Source: a virus
Lineage: Duplodnaviria; Heunggongvirae; Uroviricota; Caudoviricetes
Virus record (IMG/VR): IMGVR_UViG_3300028888_000044
Span: 64,001 to 128,000 of that record
Direction: 5' to 3' (one strand)
Length of the DNA stretch: 64,000 nt
A program made the position numbers and the translations under genes. Below are positions 19,010 through 27,423 of the stretch, piece by piece. Position 1 is the first letter of the stretch, and every line of letters begins with the position of its first letter. Under the pieces are notes generated by a model, which saw only the letters and a list, made by a program, of their open reading frames with translations, was not told the origin of the DNA and searched no databases.

Positions 19010-19402
19010 ATGAAACAAATTATTAGATTAACAGAAAATGATTTACACCGAATTGTCAAGAAAAGTGTAGAAAGGATATTGAGAGAGTCTAGCAAAGATG
19101 CACAAGATTCATTCCGCAAGGGTGCTGAAGCTGCAAGACAAGCTGCTACTGCTGCTCAAGGCGCTGCCAAAGCTGCCGCTTCACCAACATGGATACAAGC
19201 GTCAGCAGCAAAAGATAGACAACAAAAAGGTTCAAGCAAACAGACAAAAGAAAAACCAATGAGTCCAGAAGAGCGTAGAAAAGCTATTGAAGCTTCTACT
19301 AAATCTGCAAAAGATGCTGCCGTTGATTCAGCAAGAAAAGCTGCTGCTGCCGCACCATATGCAGCAAAGGCTGCATCTTCTAACAAGGGGAAAAATAAAT
19401 AA
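19010..19402 (+). CDS. IRLTE-leader protein, Ala/Lys-rich low complexity
   Basis: MKQIIRLTENDLHRIVKKSVERILRE followed by a duplicated Ala-rich unit; TATTTATA at 18987. Confidence 0.8.
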   Translation: MKQIIRLTENDLHRIVKKSVERILRESSKDAQDSFRKGAEAARQAATAAQGAAKAAASPTWIQASAAKDRQQKGSSKQTKEKPMSPEERRKAIEASTKSAKDAAVDSARKAAAAAPYAAKAASSNKGKNK

Positions 19403-19419
19403 AAGAATCAAATTTGTAT

Positions 19420-19457
19420 AAAAAAAAATCTCACTAAAAATTAGTGAGATTTTTTTT
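19420..19457. terminator. Bidirectional intrinsic terminator
   Basis: Perfect stem AAAATCTCACTAA..TTAGTGAGATTTT between convergent genes. Confidence 0.8.
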
Positions 19458-19555
19458 ATTTTGTCAACCAAGTCAAGAATGAATTTTCGCCATTGGTTTT
19501 CTCATATGTTTTTTCTATGAAGTCTTTTGTCTTGATGTTTTGCTTGCAGTTGCAT

Positions 19556-20143
19556 TTACGCTTTTTTTCTTTCATTTACATTACCCTTTTTAATAAGTTT
19601 AGCTTCGAAAATGTCACCATTTGACGCAACTAGCTTGAAGCTTTCACCAATTCTCATCAATGACAATTGGTTTGTGCCGCTTGTGTTTTCTGTCAGCATT
19701 GATTTCTTGAGAGTTGACATAGATTTTCTCAAGCAATCTTCAACTATTGTCTTGATTAGGGAGTAATCGACACCGCTTGCTGTAGATTGTACAACTTGCT
19801 TTGTTTCCCTAATAGGTTGCTTTTTTTGAACTGGTGGCTCAATACCCATATCATCAAGGATGGAACCACTGTATTCTGGAATATCTATTGGATTGTTCGA
19901 GAATGATTCCACTATTTCTCTTGGCAGTTTTGAACTTGCTGCCCTTTGTGGTGTCATTTGTGGATATTGACCTTGGCTTGTCTGTGTCATTCTTTCTGGT
20001 GTTTCAAAAGCAATATCACCCTCATCCAATCTGTTTGCTTTCATTCCTTTTACATATTGGTCGAGTTCACCTCTTCTATCTCTATCAATTATTTCCTTCG
20101 CCCTTTTTTGGATTTCTTGGAACTGTTGTTTGTTTATTGCCAT
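19556..20143 (-). CDS. Hypothetical protein (probable head/core-associated)
   Basis: 195 aa; several L/I-x-E sites (LDE, IRE, LTE). Confidence 0.65.
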   Translation of the reverse strand: MAINKQQFQEIQKRAKEIIDRDRRGELDQYVKGMKANRLDEGDIAFETPERMTQTSQGQYPQMTPQRAASSKLPREIVESFSNNPIDIPEYSGSILDDMGIEPPVQKKQPIRETKQVVQSTASGVDYSLIKTIVEDCLRKSMSTLKKSMLTENTSGTNQLSLMRIGESFKLVASNGDIFEAKLIKKGNVNERKKA

Positions 20144-20166
20144 ATCATTAACTTATTCTTTTGTTA

Positions 20167-20892
20167 TTATATATCATTGTTAGGGAAAAGAGGTCCATTG
20201 TCGAATGCGTTCATCATTTCATCCTCTTCGTCTCCGAGTTGTTTTCTTCTCCACAATTCTGCTCTTTCCTTTTCTCTCTTAGCCCTTCTGTATTCCAAGT
20301 CGTGTTTCTTTCTCCAAGCATCTTGTCTTGCCTTCTTCATAGCTTGTGTCATAACTGGACCGTTTTGATTCTGCATTTGAGACATATTTGGAGGATTACC
20401 AACTGGACCTTGCTTTGGTTGATTGGGCTTGTTTATGTATCTACCGAAGTAATCCACATTGTTTGATTGGTTGTCCATCACATCATTGTTAAGGTTTCTT
20501 TGCAGCATCAAGTCATCGTTATCGAATTTTACTTGAGCTATGACAGTGTATTGTTTGTCTCCGTTAGGATTGTATCTGTCATCTGGTGCTTTATGGAATG
20601 TTGATGTTGTTGGTTTCCAAGTCAATATTCTGTCAAGTCTGAAAAGTTTCCAATCAGGAACACCTCGTCTTGTTGCACCGTTGTATGCATATGCCCTTAT
20701 ACCATATTTTCCGTGTCCCATATCAACCAACGAACAAGGCTCAATCCATCTTGTTCCAAGCGGTGGATTGGGCTGCTCATCGTTGTATGTTATGGCTACA
20801 ACTCTTTTATCGTCCAATGCTGATATTACTTCATCCCTACTAACGCTTTCTGTTAGTATTGATTCCATTATATTGTATAGATTCAAACTCAT
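20167..20892 (-). CDS. WYL-domain protein
   Basis: ITY..GTRWIEPCSL...IRAY...WKLFRLDRI; N-term ends ILTE. Confidence 0.8.
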   Translation of the reverse strand: MSLNLYNIMESILTESVSRDEVISALDDKRVVAITYNDEQPNPPLGTRWIEPCSLVDMGHGKYGIRAYAYNGATRRGVPDWKLFRLDRILTWKPTTSTFHKAPDDRYNPNGDKQYTVIAQVKFDNDDLMLQRNLNNDVMDNQSNNVDYFGRYINKPNQPKQGPVGNPPNMSQMQNQNGPVMTQAMKKARQDAWRKKHDLEYRRAKREKERAELWRRKQLGDEEDEMMNAFDNGPLFPNNDI

Positions 20893-20943
20893 TTCTATGA
20901 AACTTTAATTCTTAACAATAAATATTTTGAATCATATAAAAAA

Positions 20944-20979
20944 TAATGGATTTCTTAAAAAAGTAAAGAAATCCATTGT
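20944..20979. terminator. Hairpin terminator
   Basis: AATGGATTTCTT..AAGAAATCCATT. Confidence 0.6.
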
Positions 20980-21006
20980 TGAAAAACTTAGAATAAAATA
21001 GATAAC

Positions 21007-21417
21007 TTATCCACAATTGACAATTTTTTGTGTATATCCAACTTGATATTGTCCTTGAGCCACGTTTTGGTCTGTTTCAACCAATGCGGCACTGTATGGG
21101 GTTTGGTCGTTGTACATTGATACTGACATAGCATACTCACGACCACCGATGCCGTTACGACCCTTGATGTCATAGCATCCACCGATGTTCGAACTTGGAC
21201 TTGTATCAAAGTTGCTGTAATCTATTGTACCCGTTGGTTTGTTACAATCTGGAAGATAGTGAGTATGCCCACCGTGTCCGCTACCCTTACCTTGAACGTC
21301 ACCATCACTAAGTGCGTCCTTGTGTGTGGCAGAATATTGGTCATTGATATTATAGTCACTTCTTACGATTTCGGTATTTCTCTCTTCAATACCTCTCTTT
21401 TCAAGACAACTTTGCAT
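21007..21417 (-). CDS. Hypothetical (probable structural) protein
   Basis: 136 aa, Gly/His-rich centre; TATTTATT upstream. Confidence 0.7.
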   Translation of the reverse strand: MQSCLEKRGIEERNTEIVRSDYNINDQYSATHKDALSDGDVQGKGSGHGGHTHYLPDCNKPTGTIDYSNFDTSPSSNIGGCYDIKGRNGIGGREYAMSVSMYNDQTPYSAALVETDQNVAQGQYQVGYTQKIVNCG

Positions 21418-21480
21418 AATAGTTGGTGTTATTTTTTATATAAGTTATTTTTTAATAATAAATATTATTATTTTGATTTT

Positions 21481-22806
21481 TTATACTGGTAATAGTATAG
21501 AATTTTTCAATGGTAGTTTTTTCTTTTGTAGTTCGGCATTATCAGATAAACCACAAATGATTTCGTCTATCTGAACAGTAGTACCTTTTTTCAACCTCAA
21601 TTCCATTTCTTTGTTCAATTCACTTGCATTTACTTCAACTGATGTTTCCCAATCAACATCTTCTGGTCTAACCCATCCGTGAAGCACGACACAATCTTGA
21701 CAGAAGATGTTGTCCATTCCAAAACTAACACCTCCGTTTTTCGCCCAACTCCAACATACACCTATTTGTGGGAAGTTTTTGTTGTATTCATTGTAAACGT
21801 CTTCTTTACTTGTCAAACGAGGTACAGCAAGTGCTCTTTCCACATATATGAGATTGTTTTCATTGATGGTTAATGATTTAGGGAAACCATAGCAAGCCAA
21901 CAATGATTTGATTATTTGGTTTTTACCTTCCATTGTCAAATATTCACTTGATAGGTCGCTATCGTCAATATTGTTGATTTTGTCACCACATGTGAAATAT
22001 CTTTCATTATCACCGAGAGTCCTAATCCAATCCATCATATTTCTAATTGAATCAATACACAATACATGTTCTAAATCAACTGTTTCAATGATTTGTGAAA
22101 CATTGTTTATAATATCGTTCAATGAAATGCTTGATGGTTGCAACTTGCCGTATTTACCTATATTTTCCAAGTAGTCTATAAAGTGCTCGTATGTCAGCTT
22201 GTATCCGTTTTCTTCAGAACCGAATTCCTTGAAAGGTATGTTCAGTTCTGCTCTTCTTTCCTTTATAAGCTTCAATTGGCTTGTTGTAAGACAAATTTCC
22301 TTGATATGTATTTGACCGTTTTTTGTATTGATTGGTTTGATTCCATCATTTGTGATTGGTTTTGGTGCTTTAGGTTTCTTTGGTAATGTAGGCTTTGGTG
22401 CTTGGTGTCCCAATCTGTTTTGCGCATTTTTATGCTGCAACCTCAATTCACCGTTTCTGCCATAAACCCAATCAGTGAAATAATGCTCCAATTTGCTGGT
22501 TGAAACCTTGTTCCTATGTATACCACCTTCAACAGTCTTGTTAGAAACTCCATCGTTGCTGTCTATTTCCTTGTCTTTTTCAGTGTGAACGTTAGCATCA
22601 TCAACTACTTTACCGTCATCCTTCTTCTTGGCTTGGTTATAGTCTTCATCTTGCAAGTGCTTTAGCATCTTGTAGCCATCCTTGTCCTCCAACCCCATTG
22701 CTTCCATCTGGCTTATTGCGGCTTGAAGCTTCTGTTTGCCTTTTTGTGAAAGATGATATGTCTGTTTGTTAAGTTCTTTACTGTCTTCTTGTAGATATAT
22801 TGGCAT
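21481..22806 (-). CDS. Hypothetical two-part protein with an internal leader-like motif
   Basis: 441 aa; Pro/Lys linker followed by EICLTTSQLKLIKE. Confidence 0.65.
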   Translation of the reverse strand: MPIYLQEDSKELNKQTYHLSQKGKQKLQAAISQMEAMGLEDKDGYKMLKHLQDEDYNQAKKKDDGKVVDDANVHTEKDKEIDSNDGVSNKTVEGGIHRNKVSTSKLEHYFTDWVYGRNGELRLQHKNAQNRLGHQAPKPTLPKKPKAPKPITNDGIKPINTKNGQIHIKEICLTTSQLKLIKERRAELNIPFKEFGSEENGYKLTYEHFIDYLENIGKYGKLQPSSISLNDIINNVSQIIETVDLEHVLCIDSIRNMMDWIRTLGDNERYFTCGDKINNIDDSDLSSEYLTMEGKNQIIKSLLACYGFPKSLTINENNLIYVERALAVPRLTSKEDVYNEYNKNFPQIGVCWSWAKNGGVSFGMDNIFCQDCVVLHGWVRPEDVDWETSVEVNASELNKEMELRLKKGTTVQIDEIICGLSDNAELQKKKLPLKNSILLPV

Positions 22807-22821
22807 AGCTTATTTAATTTT

Positions 22822-23052
22822 TTACCATTTATGATAACCGTCCATAAAGGATTGATTGGACAAGTCTCTTTGAACCTTATCTGCTGTCTTTGGCTTGCCG
22901 AATGTTGTATTACCATCAGTATCCTTGACATTGGCTGTTGCCGAAACTGTTGATTCTGGGTATTCCTTTATATTGTTTGGCGAATTGTCCCCTATGGTAG
23001 TCAATTCAAACAAACGTGTTGCTTGAGATTCAAGTAATTTTATAGTTTTCAT
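22822..23052 (-). CDS. Small hypothetical protein with class-2 leader
   Basis: MKTIKLLESQATRLFE. Confidence 0.7.
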   Translation of the reverse strand: MKTIKLLESQATRLFELTTIGDNSPNNIKEYPESTVSATANVKDTDGNTTFGKPKTADKVQRDLSNQSFMDGYHKW

Positions 23053-23078
23053 TGTTTTATTTGGTTATTTATAATATA

Positions 23079-23094
23079 TTATAAATATTTATAA
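23079..23094. promoter_or_regulatory. Palindromic bidirectional late promoter TTATAAATATTTATAA
   Basis: Perfect 16-bp palindrome giving TATTTATA on each strand, between divergent genes. Confidence 0.6.
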
Positions 23095-23121
23095 CTAGGA
23101 TAAAATATAAAAAAAATTACA

Positions 23122-25071
23122 ATGGGAAACATCAAAAACAATAATAGACACAATATAAAGCTTAACATAAACTATGATGAGTATTGGGATTTCTTCTTGA
23201 ACAAGGACAGATTCGGTGCTTATTGTTTTGACGGTTCAAGGCTTTATGATAAATGTCTAATCTCCTACATAGACACAAGCGACAGCGCTTGTACAGTTGA
23301 AGACGATTGGCTTATCAGCAACGAGTCATACAGATGGGAAAGCGGTGTATCTATAGGATATACTCTTCATAATGTAGGGTATACTGGTGTTGACAACGGA
23401 CTTTTCAGATTCAGAAAGGATAGAATTTCAAATGAAGAGTTTGTAAAGATTTATTCAGAGTCTGACTTTTCTTTTGAAGAGGATGATATGAGGCTTAAAC
23501 TGCATGCCATAAGCGGCAACACATTGCAGTACGAATATCCGATGAGGATTGAAAACGGACTTGCGAGATGCAACGGTGGTTTCTTCCAAGGGGTATTCAA
23601 GACAGAATGTGACAAGTATCAGATATTACCAAGCTCATTGTTCGAGGATGTTTGGGACTTTGAATTCGTTCTCAAGAAGGAGGACTTTGAAAAGGAAAGC
23701 GACAAGACATTGAACGATAAACATCCAGAAAATAAGGGCATATTCTTCTATATGGGTGTAAGAGCCGAAAACAAATGGGATATTCTTTATGACAAGTCGT
23801 TGACAAGCGGAGACACGCTTGATACGGATGATGTGGTTGATTATCTTGGAATGGACTGTGATTGTTCAACGTTGCATAGATTCACAGATGTCGATTGGTA
23901 CGGTGAATTGGTGTGGTGGAGGGTAAACCCAATAGAGAACTACGTTGATTACATATATTACCCAGACTCAATGTACAAGAATGATGACGAATATTTTTCA
24001 GATTATATCTTTGACGAGGACAAACCTATAATTATAGATGATAGGACACTTGCAAAGGAGCTGAAGGACTGCTGTACTTGCGAAAAGGAGGTGAAGAGCA
24101 TTGTGAAGCAAGAGCTTGTATGTTGCGGATGTGGAAAGTGCAAAGCAATAGGAATTCCAAAATACAAGGTTGAAAAGGTTGACTGTCATTCTTGCTTGTT
24201 CGGTGCTGATTATTTGGATGGGTTAGACGAGCTTGACTATGATACTGATTATGTTGCACCAGAAACTGATTTGTCATTGTATGACTTCCAAACGGCAGAA
24301 CACGGTTTGAGTCTTTTCAAGTTCAAGAGATATACAAAGATATACAGTGACAACAAGTTCTTGCTATTCCATAGGGCAAAGGGAGGTTTTTGCGTTAGGA
24401 ATTGGGTTGAGGACACTGTAGTCGAATATATGTATGAGAGGAACAGATTCAACGAGAACTTGTTCTTGATAATGAATAGAACTTGCACTGGTTATACTGT
24501 TTGGAACATTGATGACCTCAAGGAGCAATATGCTGAAAAGTACAATATCTATGAGGATTTGTACAACAATGCATTGTGCTTCAGAATCACTGACGAAGGC
24601 GAGGTTGGATATAGGTATTTGAGTGTTGACTGTGAAGTTAGCGGTGACAACAAGATAAAGATATACGAGGGATATTCCAACAAGGGTGTTATAAAGGACA
24701 AACAATGGCACTTAATACACGTCAAGGTGATTGGCGGTGTCAAGACCATGTATTTCAAGTTCTATGTGGATGGAAGACTGAAGTATATTACACAAGAGGT
24801 TCCATTGTTGAACTTGAGGAAGCTTCAAGAGGAAGACGAGAAGCAAGAGTTGGTTGCATATAACATTTCATTGGGTGGTGGCACACAAGGTCTATGTGAT
24901 GTTATAATGCCAGATTATATGAGGGTTTACAATGTGCTTATGCCGTTGGAGGAAAATTTCGGTGGCACGTTTATAGGATATATCAAGATATTCAGATGGT
25001 ATAACTGCACAATGGAGGTAATGAATATAAGGAATAACTACAATTATGAAATCAGACGTATTAAATTATAA
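23122..25071 (+). CDS. Virion protein with LamG/concanavalin-A-like C-terminal domain
   Basis: QWHLIHV..FYVDGRL..ISLGGG..FIGYIKIFRWYN pattern; Cys/acid-rich centre. Confidence 0.65.
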   Translation: MGNIKNNNRHNIKLNINYDEYWDFFLNKDRFGAYCFDGSRLYDKCLISYIDTSDSACTVEDDWLISNESYRWESGVSIGYTLHNVGYTGVDNGLFRFRKDRISNEEFVKIYSESDFSFEEDDMRLKLHAISGNTLQYEYPMRIENGLARCNGGFFQGVFKTECDKYQILPSSLFEDVWDFEFVLKKEDFEKESDKTLNDKHPENKGIFFYMGVRAENKWDILYDKSLTSGDTLDTDDVVDYLGMDCDCSTLHRFTDVDWYGELVWWRVNPIENYVDYIYYPDSMYKNDDEYFSDYIFDEDKPIIIDDRTLAKELKDCCTCEKEVKSIVKQELVCCGCGKCKAIGIPKYKVEKVDCHSCLFGADYLDGLDELDYDTDYVAPETDLSLYDFQTAEHGLSLFKFKRYTKIYSDNKFLLFHRAKGGFCVRNWVEDTVVEYMYERNRFNENLFLIMNRTCTGYTVWNIDDLKEQYAEKYNIYEDLYNNALCFRITDEGEVGYRYLSVDCEVSGDNKIKIYEGYSNKGVIKDKQWHLIHVKVIGGVKTMYFKFYVDGRLKYITQEVPLLNLRKLQEEDEKQELVAYNISLGGGTQGLCDVIMPDYMRVYNVLMPLEENFGGTFIGYIKIFRWYNCTMEVMNIRNNYNYEIRRIKL

Positions 25072-25183
25072 ACTAATAAATAATGTCTTGAACAAGTATT
25101 TGCCAAAGAATTTATTGAAAATTAGCGATTAGAAAAATATTTATATAAAAAAAAATAATAACTATAACAAAAAACTATAAACT

Positions 25184-25933
25184 ATGCTTGAATTAATCAA
25201 AAAATCAGATTTAAAGAATCCTTACTACTATGTAAATGACAATGTTCTTTATGCAATCAGCGACACTCAAATGGATGAGAATTTAGCTGAAATTGAAGAT
25301 AAGAGAATAGGAGAACACTTAGTCGTATATGTAACAGAAGAACAAGAACTTGCTAAAGGAACAAAATATAGAGATTTGCACAACGATGAGCAAACAGCCC
25401 TTGTTGACGGATTATATCAAGTTTCAACAAACAAGATTAATGTAGAGGAATGTAAAGCCATATTCCCTTACTGCACAGTATCCTATGAGGATGATGACAG
25501 CAACACATATGAGGAAATTTATTGGCTGCAAGATTACATCAAGGTTGGTGACAAGTTTGTTAACGGCCATTTTGAAAGTTATCATTCCGATTATCAGAAA
25601 GACTATGAAAACAAGGCAATTGTTGAAATAGGCAAGTTGATTGACAAGGGAACCAATTTAAACCAAATCATCAGCAAATTCCCATATTACATTTTTGACT
25701 CAGCAATGATTGAGGATAAAGTTAAAATTAATACCGAAGACGGACAGAAGATGGTTACATATAATGGCGTTGAAGGTGTTACAACAAAGTCAACTAAAGA
25801 TATGAAGGATATTATTGCCAAATCAGTTCAAGACAAGACAGTAGCCTTTGCAAATCAAAAGTTGGATGCGTACAACTTGAAAGTAACAGATGATGCAATT
25901 GACATCAATTCATCTACAGTTGTTGATAAGTAA
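25184..25933 (+). CDS. Hypothetical protein
   Basis: 249 aa; TATTTATA at 25138. Confidence 0.7.
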   Translation: MLELIKKSDLKNPYYYVNDNVLYAISDTQMDENLAEIEDKRIGEHLVVYVTEEQELAKGTKYRDLHNDEQTALVDGLYQVSTNKINVEECKAIFPYCTVSYEDDDSNTYEEIYWLQDYIKVGDKFVNGHFESYHSDYQKDYENKAIVEIGKLIDKGTNLNQIISKFPYYIFDSAMIEDKVKINTEDGQKMVTYNGVEGVTTKSTKDMKDIIAKSVQDKTVAFANQKLDAYNLKVTDDAIDINSSTVVDK

Positions 25934-25954
25934 TGATTCCAAAAAAATAGTTTT

Positions 25955-26416
25955 ATGGACAAACCAATATTAGGTAAAAACGTATCTTTAATAGATAGCC
26001 CAAATTTCGGGTCTGAACCTTATCTCATAAAGATTGGTGACAACACTACCATAAGTTTCGGATGCAGCTTTGTCACTCACGATGGTGCTACAAGGGTTGT
26101 TAGGAACATAAAGGGCCAAAACCCACAAACAGTAATCTACGGACCAATTGTAATTGGCAAGAACTGTTTTGTAGGATGCAATTCTACCATTCTGCAAAAC
26201 GTGCACATAGGTGACAACACAATAATTGGTGCTTGCAGCCTTGTTGACAAGGACATCCCAAGCAATGTTGTTGCGGCTGGTGTACCTTGCAAGGTTATAT
26301 GCACGTTGGACGAGTATATCAATAAGCACAAGGACGAGTTCGAATATATGGTGAAGATGCCATATGAGGAAAAGAAGAAATATCTGCTTAAGAAATTTCA
26401 GAACGACTTGAAATGA
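25955..26416 (+). CDS. Hexapeptide-repeat (left-handed beta-helix) O-acyltransferase
   Basis: IKIGDNTTIS..FVTHDG, IVIGKNCFVGCNSTIL..VHIGDNTIIGACSLV..VAAGVP. Confidence 0.9.
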   Translation: MDKPILGKNVSLIDSPNFGSEPYLIKIGDNTTISFGCSFVTHDGATRVVRNIKGQNPQTVIYGPIVIGKNCFVGCNSTILQNVHIGDNTIIGACSLVDKDIPSNVVAAGVPCKVICTLDEYINKHKDEFEYMVKMPYEEKKKYLLKKFQNDLK

Positions 26417-26418
26417 TA

Positions 26419-26457
26419 AAAAAAAAAGAAGTGAAATTAAATCACTTCTTTTTTTTA
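26419..26457. terminator. Bidirectional intrinsic terminator
   Basis: AAAGAAGTGA..TCACTTCTTT with A/T tracts. Confidence 0.75.
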
Positions 26458-26499
26458 TTTGCCATCAATTTTTAGTATGAATCATTCACATAGTTTCTT

Positions 26500-26790
26500 T
26501 TATAGACCCATATGTTGTTTCTTTCTGTCATTGAGTCTACGCTCCACTTCTCTAACATATTGACACCATTCGTCATATCCCATTAAATTCCCAAATTCTG
26601 TAAGAATAGCCATTGGGCTATATGCTTGTAGTAATTGAGACATAATTCTCATGCATTCGTTATGTTCACCATTGTCAACTGATTCACTACCCATATTTCC
26701 ATCGAAATAAGATTCTTTCATTATTCTTTTTACACTATTCTTTACTATTCTGTGTAAATCATTTTCTGTTAGTCTTACAATTTTCTTCAT
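26500..26790 (-). CDS. IRLTE-leader protein
   Basis: Start at ATG 26790: MKKIVRLTENDLHRIVKNSVKRIMKE; TATTTATA at 26809-26816 (-). Confidence 0.8.
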   Translation of the reverse strand: MKKIVRLTENDLHRIVKNSVKRIMKESYFDGNMGSESVDNGEHNECMRIMSQLLQAYSPMAILTEFGNLMGYDEWCQYVREVERRLNDRKKQHMGL

Positions 26791-26825
26791 ATTATTTAGT
26801 ATTTTAAATATAAATATTTTTTTTT

Positions 26826-27353
26826 TCAAAAATCAATATAGTCATTGAAAAAGAAATCATCGATTACGCCCAATTTTAGTGCATATCTGTATGCCGTATT
26901 GTTTCCTTTGGAGAATTCTGTCTTTGTATTGTATTTCAATGCCTCTTGCTCAATGTTCTTGTATATGTTCCAATATCCCTTCTTGTGCTGTTTCCTTATC
27001 ACAAGCCAATCCATATCATCAATGTAGCCGTACTTGTATGCAGCAAAGAACGCGCTCAAGTTTCCTTTCTTGAACTCTTCCTTTGTTGAATACTTCCTTG
27101 CCTCTTCCATTATGTTTTCCTTGTTCTTCCAATATCCGTGAGGATGATTCGTGTTTTCTTGTGTGTCAAGCCAAGTCATTTCATCAATCCACTTGTTTCT
27201 TTTGGCAGAGTCATATGCCCTACGTGACATTCTGTTGAATTCAGTCCTTGACGAATATTTCTTCGATTCATTAATCACGTTTTCCTTATTTTTCCAATGA
27301 TTCTTTTCGTGCCTCATAAAATTGGTGTCTTTATAACAATAAGTACAATTCAA
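26826..27353 (-). CDS. Tandem-repeat protein (homing-endonuclease-associated DNA-binding-type repeats, no nuclease domain)
   Basis: Three ~50-aa repeats W..KEN...EA.KY.T..EF......AY..A.K.G.ID. Confidence 0.55.
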   Translation of the reverse strand: MNCTYCYKDTNFMRHEKNHWKNKENVINESKKYSSRTEFNRMSRRAYDSAKRNKWIDEMTWLDTQENTNHPHGYWKNKENIMEEARKYSTKEEFKKGNLSAFFAAYKYGYIDDMDWLVIRKQHKKGYWNIYKNIEQEALKYNTKTEFSKGNNTAYRYALKLGVIDDFFFNDYIDF

Positions 27354-27423
27354 AAAGGAAATAAACGATAATTTTCTGATATTTATTTGTAAAAAATAAT
27401 TAATAAAGAAAAATAAATCAAAT

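Noticed and set aside
26826-27353. Active homing endonuclease
   Set aside because: Only the three helical repeats are present; no GIY-YIG, HNH or PD-(D/E)xK catalytic motif.
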